Positions 7,416 to 16,845 are shown, counted from the first letter of the stretch. The stretch is DNA of 32,000 bases from Trichlorobacter lovleyi SZ (GCF_000020385.1 NC_010814.1:3810001-3842000); one strand, 5' to 3'. Notes: generated from the sequence alone by a model not told the origin. Program-made: numbers and translations.

Positions 7416-8081
7416 CTACTTCGACTTTGCTTTTCCATCCAGCAGCGTGATCAGATCCACTGTGATGTCAAGCGGCTCAACCCCAGCCCCCAGAAAAAGC
7501 AACTCCCGGTTGATCACAACCGCGGTCAATCCCCTGGCCCTGCCAAGCTCGTCTGCAGCCTTGCCGATCGCCTCAAACAACCCCTTGGTCAGCTTCTGCT
7601 GGCTTTCCATCAGCTCCTTTTCCGACTTCAAGCCAAACTTCTGAAACTCTTCAATTTTTTTCTGAAACTCCCGCTGTTTTGCCTCCCGCTGCTGGGGTGA
7701 CAGGCCGGGCAGCTGACGTTCGGTATCAGCCTTGAACTTATCCAGCTGCTTCCGTTTTGCCTCAACCTGCTTCTGCAATTTGCTCTGTTGCGCCTTGATC
7801 TGCTGCTGGGCCGCCTTGCCCATGGCTGAATCGGTGGAAACCTTGTTGACATCCACCACACCGATCTTTGCTACCGCCACCGGCAGGGGAGCAGGCTTGG
7901 CTGCGGGCAGCAGGCTCAGACCCGGAGCAGGTTTCAGATCCGGTTGTGCCGCAGGGGCAGCTGGTGCAGGAACAGCTGGCGGCGTTGCCGGCGGGGCTGG
8001 CGGTTGCTCGGCAGCCTGGACGGTCAGAGCTGCCAGAAAAAGAAAAAACAAACAAAGTGTACTGCGCACGAAACGTCGCAT
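7416..8081 (-). CDS. OmpH/Skp-family periplasmic chaperone with Pro/Ala-rich linker
   Basis: A signal peptide (LFFLFLAALTVQA) is followed by a PAPPATPPAVPAPAAPAA linker. The OmpH-like coiled region follows: KIGVVDVNKVSTDSAMGKAAQQQIKAQQSKLQKQVEAKRKQLDKFKAD... Confidence 0.8.
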   Translation of the reverse strand: MRRFVRSTLCLFFLFLAALTVQAAEQPPAPPATPPAVPAPAAPAAQPDLKPAPGLSLLPAAKPAPLPVAVAKIGVVDVNKVSTDSAMGKAAQQQIKAQQSKLQKQVEAKRKQLDKFKADTERQLPGLSPQQREAKQREFQKKIEEFQKFGLKSEKELMESQQKLTKGLFEAIGKAADELGRARGLTAVVINRELLFLGAGVEPLDITVDLITLLDGKAKSK

Positions 8082-8159
8082 AAAGAACCTTTCAAACTCG
8101 AGATAGAGAAAACGTCATAGGGAAGGCCGGATGAGGGACGATGGCCTTCGCAACGGTTT

Positions 8160-9341
8160 TCAGTTGATACGGAATTTGCTGACCATCTGCTGCAGTTCTG
8201 CCGAGGATGCTGCCATCTGGGCAGCAGCGTTTCTGGTTTCATCAGCTCCGTGGGCCGCCTCACGGATCACCGAGGTAATGCCGTGCATGCTGCCGGAGAT
8301 GGCCACCGTTGAATTTGATTGCTGGGCAGCGGCAGAAGCGACATGGGACACCTGACTGAGCAGTTCACCGATCTTTTCACGGATACTGCCGATCGCCTCA
8401 CAGGAAAGCCGTACCCCTTCGCCCCCTTCATGCACGCTGCCGGCACTCTGTTCCATGGAACCGACCACGGCCCGCACATCCCGCTGCAGGGCAGTGATAA
8501 TTCCCTGGATCTCACGGGTGGCACTGGTGGTCCGTTCTGCCAGATGACGGACCTCATCGGCCACCACGGCAAAACCACGTCCCTGATCGCCTGCCCGGGC
8601 AGCCTCAATGGCGGCATTCAGGGCCAGCAGGTTGGTCTGATCGGCAATGTCACTGATGGTGGAAAGAATATCGCCGATCTGGTTGGAGGTGGCACCAAGA
8701 TTCTTGACTGCAGAGGTGGTCTCGGTCATGACCCCTTCAATACTGCCCATGACCACCGACATACCGGAAATAATCCGTTCTCCCTCCTTCGACACCTGCT
8801 CGGCCTCGGTGGCCATGGCCGACATGGTGTCGCAACTGCAGGCGATCTCACTGCTGACGCTGGCCATACCATCGGCTGACTGGCTGACCGCATCGGACTG
8901 GGAGGCAGCACTGCCGGTGCCGTCGGCAATGCTTTCAGCCGTCTGACGGAGCCGCTCCGATGCTGAAGCAACACTGTCGGTTGTCTGCCGGATACCGGAG
9001 ATCATGCCCTGCATGGCGGTCTGCAGGGTAGCGATGGAACGGATGATGGCGCTGATCTCGTTATTGCGCTTGGCCGAAATGGTCTGGCGCAGATTGCCCT
9101 CGGTCATCTCCTTCAGATACCCCAGAATCCGCTGCAGGGCTTCATTGACCGACCAGAACAGCAGGCCGCCGAAGAACGCACCGGCTGCCACAAACAGGGC
9201 AGTGGTCAGAATTGAGTAGGTCAGGGGCAGTGAGCGGCCGGCCCCGACACCAAAGATGATGCAGAGGCTGTAACAGAAGCAGAGCAGGTAAATACGGGTC
9301 TTGATCTTTAAACCCAAGTATTTATCGAGGAAGAAGCTCAT
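8160..9341 (-). CDS. Methyl-accepting chemotaxis protein (two TM helices, HAMP, MA domain; essentially no periplasmic domain)
   Basis: AAGGAG lies upstream of the ATG. The highly conserved MCP signalling hairpin is present: [40 protein letters not shown]. The two N-terminal TM segments are separated by only a few residues. Confidence 0.9.
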   Translation of the reverse strand: MSFFLDKYLGLKIKTRIYLLCFCYSLCIIFGVGAGRSLPLTYSILTTALFVAAGAFFGGLLFWSVNEALQRILGYLKEMTEGNLRQTISAKRNNEISAIIRSIATLQTAMQGMISGIRQTTDSVASASERLRQTAESIADGTGSAASQSDAVSQSADGMASVSSEIACSCDTMSAMATEAEQVSKEGERIISGMSVVMGSIEGVMTETTSAVKNLGATSNQIGDILSTISDIADQTNLLALNAAIEAARAGDQGRGFAVVADEVRHLAERTTSATREIQGIITALQRDVRAVVGSMEQSAGSVHEGGEGVRLSCEAIGSIREKIGELLSQVSHVASAAAQQSNSTVAISGSMHGITSVIREAAHGADETRNAAAQMAASSAELQQMVSKFRIN

Positions 9342-9405
9342 GGGGGACTCCTTATAAATGTGTTCTAAAATTGGTACTATACCACCCTCTTCTAGGGTAT
9401 TTCAC

Positions 9406-11415
9406 CTACTTTTTTGCAGCGGCCACCTCAACCGCCACATCATAGAGGGTACTACCCTCACCGCAGTCAGTCAGGCGCTGTGAGGTCAGGGCATTGATAC
9501 CACGCCCTGATTGGCTGCGGTCAAGCCAGTAGACCCCTTCACTGACCACGGTACCGGCTGGCACCTGTTCCGTTACCTGCAGCGCCAGCTCAATTGAGCC
9601 AAACCCATTGTAAACAGATACTGATTGCTCATCGCACAACTGCCGGGCAGCGGCATCAGCAGGGTGTATCAGCAGCGTCGGTTCTCCCCGCTTCTGCAGC
9701 AGGTCGTCACGCTCATTGAAGCTGGAGTTAAGGCTGTACAGGCTGACGCCTGGCTGCAACCGCAGCGGAAACCGGTCTGCCTCGGCATGGGTGGGCAGCA
9801 GGCAGGGCAGCGGCTGCGATTCGCGCTCATTGCGCAGCTCAATCTTTCCTGAGGGTGTCAACCAGGGGCCCCGTGGCGAGGTAGGGGGTGTCATCAGCAC
9901 CGGTTCTCCCTGCCGCAGCTGTTCCGTGATTGCAGCATCCCGCCAGCCATTGGGCTCAGCCAGCAGCTGATCAATCAGGTCATCTGCCGACTGCCTGAAG
10001 AACGGTTCACCCCAGCCCAGCCCCTCTGCCAGCAGGCAAAAGGTATCCCAGTTGGATTTTGCCTCACCCACCGGCGGGATTACCCTACTGCAACGTTGAG
10101 CCTGATAACTGCCGTAACTGCGGTACAGATCAGGATGTTCCAGCGAACTGGTGGCAGGCAGGACAAGATCGGCATAGCGGGCAGTATCAGTCATGAAACG
10201 TTCATGCACCACCGTGAACAGGTCCTCCCGCTCCAACCCTTTGATGACGGCATTCTGGTCCGGCGCGATGACTGCCGGGTTGGAGTGATAGACATACAGG
10301 CTCATCACTTTGGGATCATTCAGATTATTCAGGGCTGCACCCAGCTGGTTCATATTCACGATCCGGGTCGGGCCGGCCATGAAATCCTCACGGGTGACCA
10401 GCTGCAGCGGGAAGGCTGCTCCGGTGGAGGTGCCGCAGAACAGGCCTGCGCCTGGCCGCTGCCAGGCCCCGCTGACAGCGGGCAAGGCGGCAATGCAGCG
10501 AACCGTCATAGCGCCGTTGCCATAGCGGGTCAAACCACCCCCGACCTGGATCAGGGGCGCCTTGGCTGCAGCATAGGCCCGCGCCAGATCACGGATTGTA
10601 TCAGCCGGAAGCCCGCAGATGGCAGCCATCTGCTCAGGCCTGCAATCCGGCAGAACCTGGCCACAAAGTTCCTCAAAACCAATCACGTTGTCACGGATAA
10701 ATGCCTGATCCAGCAGCCCTTCTGCCACCATCACCTGCAGCATCCCCAGGGCCAGGGCGCTGTCACTGCCCGGCTTGACGATGATCGCCCGGTCCACGGC
10801 CTGACAGGTAGGAGTCTGGTAGGTATCAATAGCCCAGACCTGGGCCCCCTGTTTCCGGGCCGCCTGGCTGGCAGCCATGCTGTGGATACTGGTGGCAGCG
10901 GCGTTCAGCCCCCAGAGGATAATCAGGTCACTCTTGCTGCGCTCTGCAGGATCAAGGGCCGGGGTATCCCCCATCACCGCCTTCCAGCCGTAATCCTTGG
11001 CAGGGGTACAGATGGTGCGGGCCAGACGGCTGGCCCCCAGTTTATGGAAGAAGGGATGGCCGCTGTTACGCTGCACCAGCCCCATGGTACCGGCATAGGA
11101 ATAGGGCAGGATTGACTCGGCACCATACTGCGGAATGATCTCCTGCCAGCGGGAGCAGATCCGCTGCACCGCCTCGTCCCAGCTGATCGGAGTAAACCGG
11201 CCGCTCCCCTTGGGGCCGGTCCGCAGCAGTGGTCTGGTCAGACGCTGAGGCGAGTGGACGGTCTGCTGGTACTGCCGCATCTTGCCGCAGATAAAGCCCT
11301 GAGTAATCGGATGATGCGGGTCAGCCTCAATCTTGATTGCCCTGTCATTTTCAACAGTTACCAACAGGCCGCAGGCATCTGGACAGTCATAGGGGCAGAC
11401 AGAACGGTAGCGCAT
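9406..11415 (-). CDS. Molybdopterin (bis-MGD) oxidoreductase family protein, cytoplasmic, substrate unknown
   Basis: I prefer the start MRYRSVCPYDCPDACGLLV (N-terminal 4Fe-4S Mo/W-bis-MGD-type Cys motif) at 11415, which has AAGGAG upstream. The ORF-track start at 11478 adds 21 aa with no SD. A C-terminal molybdopterin-binding barrel is present (LLIHPADAAARQL...VPAGTVVSEGVYW). There is no Tat signal. Confidence 0.85.
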   Translation of the reverse strand: MRYRSVCPYDCPDACGLLVTVENDRAIKIEADPHHPITQGFICGKMRQYQQTVHSPQRLTRPLLRTGPKGSGRFTPISWDEAVQRICSRWQEIIPQYGAESILPYSYAGTMGLVQRNSGHPFFHKLGASRLARTICTPAKDYGWKAVMGDTPALDPAERSKSDLIILWGLNAAATSIHSMAASQAARKQGAQVWAIDTYQTPTCQAVDRAIIVKPGSDSALALGMLQVMVAEGLLDQAFIRDNVIGFEELCGQVLPDCRPEQMAAICGLPADTIRDLARAYAAAKAPLIQVGGGLTRYGNGAMTVRCIAALPAVSGAWQRPGAGLFCGTSTGAAFPLQLVTREDFMAGPTRIVNMNQLGAALNNLNDPKVMSLYVYHSNPAVIAPDQNAVIKGLEREDLFTVVHERFMTDTARYADLVLPATSSLEHPDLYRSYGSYQAQRCSRVIPPVGEAKSNWDTFCLLAEGLGWGEPFFRQSADDLIDQLLAEPNGWRDAAITEQLRQGEPVLMTPPTSPRGPWLTPSGKIELRNERESQPLPCLLPTHAEADRFPLRLQPGVSLYSLNSSFNERDDLLQKRGEPTLLIHPADAAARQLCDEQSVSVYNGFGSIELALQVTEQVPAGTVVSEGVYWLDRSQSGRGINALTSQRLTDCGEGSTLYDVAVEVAAAKK

Positions 11416-11493
11416 GGCAGTAACTCCTTGCAGTAGGGCTTGGGTTAAAAGATAGTAGCCTGCCTGTTTTAACAACACAATTCCGAAATGAAT

Positions 11494-11522
11494 TTGACAG
11501 AACTCAATTCTTTCGCAATTAT
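11494..11522 (+). promoter_or_regulatory. Candidate sigma70-type promoter for hldD
   Basis: A perfect TTGACA (11494-11499) is followed by a 17-nt spacer and AATTAT (11517-11522), about 35 nt upstream of the hldD ATG. Sequence match only. Confidence 0.3.
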
Positions 11523-11555
11523 CCTGTATAAGTATGCTCTGAAGGAGAGAACACC

Positions 11556-12545
11556 ATGATCATCGTAACCGGGGGCGCCGGCCTGATCGGCAGCGCTGTT
11601 GTACATGGCCTGAACCAGCGCGGAATTGAAAATATTATGGTGGTTGACCACCTGGGTCTGACTGAAAAGTGGCGTAACCTGGCGCCGCTCAAGTTCAGGG
11701 ATTACCTTGAAAAGGATGCCTTTGAGGCCTTGTTGGACAACGGCACCCTGCCAGCACGCCTCTCCGGCCCGCTGCAGGCGATTATCCACCTGGGGGCCTG
11801 TTCTGCCACCACGGAGCGGGACGCCAGCTACCTGATCCGCAACAATTTTGAATACTCCCGCAAGGCAGCCCTGTTTGCCAAAGAGCAGGGTGCCCGCTTC
11901 ATCTACGCCTCCAGCGCAGCCACCTACGGCAACGGCGAACTGGGTTTTTCCGATGACGAAACCCTGCTGACCAAGTTGCGCCCCATGAACATGTACGGTT
12001 ATTCCAAGCAGTTGTTCGATCTCTGGGCACAGCAGCAGGGGTTGCTGACCGAACTGGTGGGGCTGAAATACTACAACGTCTATGGCCCCAATGAGCAGCA
12101 CAAGGGGGAGATGCGCTCACTGGTGCAGAAGGCCTTTGAACAGATCTCCGAGACCGGCCGGCTCAAGCTGTTCAAGTCACACCGCCCCGACTACGCCGAT
12201 GGCGAGCAGGTGCGGGACTTTGTCTATGTCAAGGATGCAGCGGCCATGACCCTGCATTTTCTGGATAACCGTGCGGCAGCCGGTATCTTTAACGTGGGGG
12301 GCGGCAGTACTGCCAGCTGGAACCGGCTGGCAACGGCGGTCTTTAATGCCATGGACCTGCCGGTGGCGATTGACTACATCGATATGCCGGAGTCAATCCG
12401 CAACACCTACCAGTACCACACCTGCGCCGAGACCGAGAAGATCCGCCAGACCGGCTACACTGCAGCAACCCTTTCACTGGAGGCAGCAGTCAGCGATTAC
12501 ATCCGTAACTATCTGATCCCCAACAAACATCTGGGGGATGCATAA
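11556..12545 (+). CDS. hldD: ADP-L-glycero-D-manno-heptose 6-epimerase
   Basis: The N-terminus MIIVTGGAGLIGSAVVHGLNQRGIENIMVVDHL... closely parallels RfaD/HldD. The YGYSK catalytic motif (NMYGYSKQLFD) and the length (~329 aa) match the family. GAAGGAGAG lies upstream. Confidence 0.9.
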   Translation: MIIVTGGAGLIGSAVVHGLNQRGIENIMVVDHLGLTEKWRNLAPLKFRDYLEKDAFEALLDNGTLPARLSGPLQAIIHLGACSATTERDASYLIRNNFEYSRKAALFAKEQGARFIYASSAATYGNGELGFSDDETLLTKLRPMNMYGYSKQLFDLWAQQQGLLTELVGLKYYNVYGPNEQHKGEMRSLVQKAFEQISETGRLKLFKSHRPDYADGEQVRDFVYVKDAAAMTLHFLDNRAAAGIFNVGGGSTASWNRLATAVFNAMDLPVAIDYIDMPESIRNTYQYHTCAETEKIRQTGYTAATLSLEAAVSDYIRNYLIPNKHLGDA

Positions 12546-12565
12546 ACCAGCCTGCACAAGGAGGA

Positions 12566-13198
12566 ATGATCATGAAAAGCATTGATGCAAAAAGCTTCAT
12601 CATCGGCATCCTGGTGACCCTGCTAACCGTCTTTGCCGCAGGAGCGGCCCATGACGCCTTTGCTCCCCATGAGATCCAGCGCCTGAAGCAACTGGCCTCC
12701 TACCTGCAGGATGACGGCAACCTCAACATGGGCAACCATAAGATTATCATGCTCGGTTCCAGCATTTACGACGACGGCTCCCAGGGGGGCGGCCTGATCA
12801 TCCGCGGCGGCGCCAACCGGGTCCATCTGCATGGTAATCCGATCATTTACGACCAGCCGGAATTCAGGCAGGCAACCATCAACATCGGCAGTAACCTGAA
12901 CATGGGCAGCAGGAAGATCATCATGCAGGGCTCGTCCATCTATGATGACGGCTCACAAGGTGGTGGTTTGATCCTGCGCGGCGGCGCCAACCGGATTCAC
13001 CAGCACGGCAGTTCCATTTTCTACGACAACCCGGAATTCAGGAATACGTTGACCCTGAACAACGACCTGAACATGCAGAATAAAAAGATCATCATGCTGG
13101 GTTCATCCATCTTTGACGACGGTTCCCAGGGAGGCGGCCTGCAGATCCACGGCGGCGCCAACCGGATTCATACCTTCGGCCAGATGCTGCCGCATTAA
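12566..13198 (+). CDS. Signal-anchored/secreted protein of unknown function built from three tandem 57-58-aa repeats
   Basis: AGGAGG lies upstream; the start is ATG 12566 or 12572. A hydrophobic N-terminus (FIIGILVTLLTVFAAGAA) is followed by three copies of NLNMGxxKIIMxGSSIYDDGSQGGGLxIxGGANRxHxxG...YDxPEFR. I recognise no family. Confidence 0.7.
   Translation: MIMKSIDAKSFIIGILVTLLTVFAAGAAHDAFAPHEIQRLKQLASYLQDDGNLNMGNHKIIMLGSSIYDDGSQGGGLIIRGGANRVHLHGNPIIYDQPEFRQATINIGSNLNMGSRKIIMQGSSIYDDGSQGGGLILRGGANRIHQHGSSIFYDNPEFRNTLTLNNDLNMQNKKIIMLGSSIFDDGSQGGGLQIHGGANRIHTFGQMLPH
12725..13198 (+). repeat. Three in-frame tandem DNA repeats (174, 171 and ~129 nt) inside the 12566-13198 CDS
   Basis: The units begin with aacatg at 12725, 12899 and 13070 and are clearly similar at the nucleotide level (e.g. 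...gacggctc(c/a)ca(g/a)gg(g/t)gg(c/t)gg..., ggcggcgccaaccgg(g/a)t(c/t)ca). The last unit is cut short by the stop codon. Confidence 0.85.
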
Positions 13199-13220
13199 GC
13201 TGCCGTACCAACCCTAAAAC

Positions 13221-13254
13221 AACGAGGCACCCGGATTTGTCCAGGTGCCTCGTT
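13221..13254. terminator. Bidirectional rho-independent terminator between the repeat-protein gene and cbiB
   Basis: An 11-bp perfect stem, AACGAGGCACC (13221-13231) with GGTGCCTCGTT (13244-13254), encloses a 12-nt loop. T-rich sequence follows on both strands (gTTTgctgt; on the minus strand gTTTTaggg). Confidence 0.65.
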
Positions 13255-13284
13255 TGCTGTGCAGCATTGAATTTACAGGCAGTT

Positions 13285-14232
13285 TCACCCGACCAGCAGC
13301 CGAGTCCCCACCCCGATCAGCGCCGTCAGACCGTACACCAGCCACATCAGTTGCACCGCCTGCAGGATATGCCGTGCCTGCAACGGCTGCAGCGGATCTC
13401 CCATAAACGGTCTGGTGCTGGGCTGGCCAAAGTAGCTGTTCACTCCTCCCAGTCGCACCCCCAGGGCACCGGCCACCGCCGCCTCAATCTGGCCGCCGTT
13501 GGGGCTGGGGTGATTGTGGCGATCCCGTCGGAAGATCCGCAAGGCATTCCCCGGATGTAACCTTAGCAGCAGGGCTGCGGGGATAACCAGCAAGGCAGTC
13601 AGCCGGGCAGGCAGCAAATTGGCCAGGTCATCCAACCGGGCTGATCCCCAGCCAAACTGCAAATAACGCTCGTTTTTGTAGCCAAAGGTGGAATCCAGCG
13701 TACTAATCGCCTTGTAGGCCAGTGCCCCCAGCGGCCCCCCTAGACAGGCAAAAAGCAAGGGTGCCGTACAGCCATCCACCGTGTTTTCCGCCACCGACTC
13801 CACCGCAGCACGGGTCACCTCACCTTCATCCAGCTGCTCCGTGTCCCGCCCTACCAGCCAGCTTACCCGCTGCCGCGCTGCTGCCAGATCACCAGCCATC
13901 AGTGGCCGATACACCGCCAGGGCATGGTCATGCAGGGAACGGGTTGCAAAGCAGGTATAGAGCAGCAGGATTGCTACGATATCTCCTGCCAGTGGATGCA
14001 GCAGAGCAGCACCCTTTAACAGACCAAAGCCGATCAGGGTCGTACTGCCCACCACCCAGACAACGGCAACAATACCAGCCAGTTTTGGATTGGGGACAAG
14101 GCGACGTAAAGGCGCTTCAGCACGCTGCGCCAGCCAGCCGATCCCCTGCACCGGATGGGGCAACCAGCGGGGATCTCCCAGCAGCAGATCCAGCAGGATC
14201 GCCAGGAGTGTCTGTTGGTAGAGGGGGATCAT
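13285..14232 (-). CDS. cbiB: Adenosylcobinamide-phosphate synthase
   Basis: The N-terminus LLAILLDLLLGDPRWLPHPVQGIGWL is the CobD/CbiB signature. It is a multi-TM protein of typical length (~315 aa), with an ATGA overlap to the upstream cobD::cobQ gene. Confidence 0.9.
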   Translation of the reverse strand: MIPLYQQTLLAILLDLLLGDPRWLPHPVQGIGWLAQRAEAPLRRLVPNPKLAGIVAVVWVVGSTTLIGFGLLKGAALLHPLAGDIVAILLLYTCFATRSLHDHALAVYRPLMAGDLAAARQRVSWLVGRDTEQLDEGEVTRAAVESVAENTVDGCTAPLLFACLGGPLGALAYKAISTLDSTFGYKNERYLQFGWGSARLDDLANLLPARLTALLVIPAALLLRLHPGNALRIFRRDRHNHPSPNGGQIEAAVAGALGVRLGGVNSYFGQPSTRPFMGDPLQPLQARHILQAVQLMWLVYGLTALIGVGTRLLVG

Positions 14233-16820
14233 AGCCGCAGCAACCGATAGATTTCCCGCAGATCCAGACTGTTACGCACCGTATCCGCCAAGCGGTCCAG
14301 GGCCGGTTCCAGATCATAGCAGGTCCGGATCTGGCCATCGCTCTGCCAACCCTTACGTTGCCGCAGCCGGTCAAGCAACCAGCGCCGGAATGGGTCTGCA
14401 TCAAAGATCCCATGCAGGTAGCTGCCCCAGATCAGACCGTTGGCACTGCCTGCACCGAGCAGCCTGCCATCCTGTCCGGTGATCAGTGGTTCAATCCCTT
14501 CTGCAGTGGTGATGCCGTGGTGGATCTCGTAGCCGCTCAGCAGGCAGCCGGAGGTGAGATGACAACAGCGGGTCTGCAGGGTGGTCTTTTCTTCTGCCAT
14601 GACCGTATTGATCGCCAGCAGCCCCAATCCTTGTTGTTGCCCAGCCCCGGATTCAATGGCATGGGGATCGCTGATCTGCTGGCCCAGCAACTGAAAACCA
14701 CCGCAGATGCCGATGATCTCAGTCTGGCCAGCCTGGGCCAGCTCAAGGACGGCTGCTGCCAGTCCGGTCTGTTGCAGCCAGGCCAGGTCAGCCAGGGTAT
14801 TCTTGCTGCCGGCCAGGATCAGGGCATCAGGCTGGCCAAGTTTCGCTACTGACCGGACGATCCGCAGGCCCACATCCGGCTCCAGCCCTAACGGATCAAG
14901 GTCGGTAAAGTTGGAGATGTGCGGCAGGTCCAGCACTGCAATATCAAGCAGTTGGCTATCCTTTGCCCCGGCAGCCAGCAACCCCTGCTTGAAGGAGACC
15001 GAATCCTCCTCCGGCAAGCCCAGGTTATGCAGATAGGGAATGGTACCCAGCACCGGCTTATTGGTGTGAAAGCGGGTGTAGGCCAAGGCATCACCCAGCA
15101 GGCTTGCATCGCCCCGGAAGCGGTTGATCACAAACCCGGCCACCATGGCCCGTTCCGCCTCGCTTAGAACCTCCATGGTCCCCACAAAGGAGGCAAACAC
15201 GCCGCCCCGGTCGATATCACCCACCAGCAGCACCGGCGCATGGGCATAGCGGGCCATGTTCATATTCACAATATCATTGGCCTTCAGGTTCACCTCTGCC
15301 GGACTGCCCGCCCCTTCCAGCACCATGATCTGATGTTCAGCAGACAGTTCATCGTAGCAACGTCGTACTGTTTTAAAGATCTCAGCCCGTTGCTCTGCAT
15401 AGTCCTTAAAGTGGGTGGTGCCAATCGCCTTGCCGCAGAGGATCACCTGGGAACCGGTCTCACTATTGGGTTTCAGCAGCACCGGATTCATCCGTACGTC
15501 CGGGTCAAGGCGACAGGCCTGGGCCTGCAGCACCTGGGCCCGTCCCATCTCACCGCCGTCACGGGTCACAAAGGAGTTGAGCGACATGTTCTGGGCCTTG
15601 AACGGCGCCACATCATAGCCATCCTGCTTCAAGATCCTGCAGAGCGCAGCGGTCAGGATACTCTTGCCGGCGTTGGAGCCGGTGCCCTGAAACATGATCG
15701 CCGGGGTTTGACGCTTCACAATTCGTGGCCGTGATGGTGCCAGGATACTCTGCAAAACAGTGTAGAGCCGCTGCTGCTCCGGTTCAGTCCGCACCGCCAG
15801 ACGGAAGTAGCGGCCATCCAGCCCGCTAAAATTCCCGCAGACCCGCAGGGCGATCCCCTGTTGCAGGGCCAGATCAGCAAGCTGCTGTGCAGCAAGGGTG
15901 GGATGATCAAGCCGCAGCAGCAGGAAGTTGGCCTCAGCGGGGTAGACTGTCAGGCCCGACAGGCTGGACAGCAGCGCCGCAAGAGCTTCCCGCTGCCCTG
16001 TCACAAAGCTGCGGCTGTGCTGCAGGTACTCTGTATCCTGTACTGCCCGCACCCCCACGGCCTGGGCCAGGCTGTTGACGGTCCAGTTGGGCAGATAGTT
16101 TTTAAGCTGCCGGATATGCGCTGCAGCGCCGGTCAGGTAGCCCAGACGCAGGCCGGGAATGGCATACAGCTTGGTTAAAGATGTCAGGATCAGGATATTT
16201 TCAGGCCGGTTCTGCTGCAGGCTCTGACTGGCATCGGTAAAGCCGATGAATGACTCATCCACCACAAACAGGGTGGCTGGATGCTCCGCTGCTATCCGGC
16301 GCAGGCTGGCAGCATCAAAGGTGCGTCCGGTGGGGTTGTTGGGCTGGCCCAGCAGCACCAGCTGGGCTGGTTTCAGGAACGGTACAAGGCAGGTTGGATC
16401 AAGCAGAAAACCGGTATCAGGAGAGAGAAAAAACTGCTCGATGTTCAGACCGGACAGCCGGGCCGGTTCCTCATAATCGGCATAGCTGGGCACCGCTAAC
16501 AGCAGTGAGGAGCAACCCAGCGCACGGGGCAGCAGGTGCAGCAGTTCTGTGGCTCCGTTACCCACCAGGATCTGGTCAGCCGGAATCCGGTGCAGGGCGG
16601 CCAAGGCCTCAACCAGTTCAGTTGCGTCCGGGTCAGGGTAATGGATCAGATCGCTGATCCGGCTTTCAATCAGCGGGCGCAGCCAGTCCGGCGGCCCCAG
16701 CGGGTTGATGTTGGCGGAGAAGTCCAGCAGTTCTCCCTGCGGCAGGCCTGCTGCCTGACTCAAGGCACGCAGATTGCCGCCGTGGCTATGTCGTACCGGC
16801 TGCCGGGTCTGGCCAGTCAT
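14229..16820 (-). CDS. cobQ: Fusion protein: threonine-phosphate decarboxylase (CobD, class I/II aminotransferase fold) + cobyric acid synthase (CobQ/CbiP)
   Basis: The N-terminal ~360 aa (HGGNLRALSQAAGL...DFSANINPLGPP...LTSLTKLYAIPGLRLGY) are CobD/HisC-like with the PLP-Lys context. From about aa 365, AIMFQGTGSNAGKSILTAALCRILKQDGYDVAPFKAQNMSLNS begins the CobQ ATP-binding domain. The C-terminal GATase is IIGICGGFQLLG...GYEIHHG...GSYLHGIFD. It is one uninterrupted 863-codon ORF. Confidence 0.85.
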   Translation of the reverse strand: MTGQTRQPVRHSHGGNLRALSQAAGLPQGELLDFSANINPLGPPDWLRPLIESRISDLIHYPDPDATELVEALAALHRIPADQILVGNGATELLHLLPRALGCSSLLLAVPSYADYEEPARLSGLNIEQFFLSPDTGFLLDPTCLVPFLKPAQLVLLGQPNNPTGRTFDAASLRRIAAEHPATLFVVDESFIGFTDASQSLQQNRPENILILTSLTKLYAIPGLRLGYLTGAAAHIRQLKNYLPNWTVNSLAQAVGVRAVQDTEYLQHSRSFVTGQREALAALLSSLSGLTVYPAEANFLLLRLDHPTLAAQQLADLALQQGIALRVCGNFSGLDGRYFRLAVRTEPEQQRLYTVLQSILAPSRPRIVKRQTPAIMFQGTGSNAGKSILTAALCRILKQDGYDVAPFKAQNMSLNSFVTRDGGEMGRAQVLQAQACRLDPDVRMNPVLLKPNSETGSQVILCGKAIGTTHFKDYAEQRAEIFKTVRRCYDELSAEHQIMVLEGAGSPAEVNLKANDIVNMNMARYAHAPVLLVGDIDRGGVFASFVGTMEVLSEAERAMVAGFVINRFRGDASLLGDALAYTRFHTNKPVLGTIPYLHNLGLPEEDSVSFKQGLLAAGAKDSQLLDIAVLDLPHISNFTDLDPLGLEPDVGLRIVRSVAKLGQPDALILAGSKNTLADLAWLQQTGLAAAVLELAQAGQTEIIGICGGFQLLGQQISDPHAIESGAGQQQGLGLLAINTVMAEEKTTLQTRCCHLTSGCLLSGYEIHHGITTAEGIEPLITGQDGRLLGAGSANGLIWGSYLHGIFDADPFRRWLLDRLRQRKGWQSDGQIRTCYDLEPALDRLADTVRNSLDLREIYRLLRL

Positions 16821-16845
16821 GTCAGGACAGGGTGAACAAGACGGG

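Noticed and set aside
8122-8149. Hairpin GAAGGCC-N14-GGCCTTC downstream of the MCP gene as a terminator
   Set aside because: The stem is only 7 bp with a 14-nt loop, and no T-run follows directly on the minus strand. It is too weak to list as a feature.
9406-11415. Possible selenocysteine (in-frame TGA) in the molybdoenzyme, given selB in the window
   Set aside because: The ORF is uninterrupted from the Cys-motif N-terminus to the C-terminal barrel, and no other gene in the window shows a TGA-split reading frame. No selenoprotein is evident here.
11416-11478. 21-codon extension of the molybdopterin oxidoreductase ORF
   Set aside because: AAGGAG sits immediately upstream of the internal ATG at 11415, and the family's N-terminal Cys motif starts 6 residues after that Met. 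The longer form would place the SD inside coding sequence.
12725-13198. Tandem ~171-174-nt DNA repeats as a possible CRISPR or satellite array
   Set aside because: The repeats are in-frame within a single ORF that has an SD and a signal sequence. They have no spacer-repeat organisation, and divergence is concentrated at synonymous or conservative positions. They are coding repeats.
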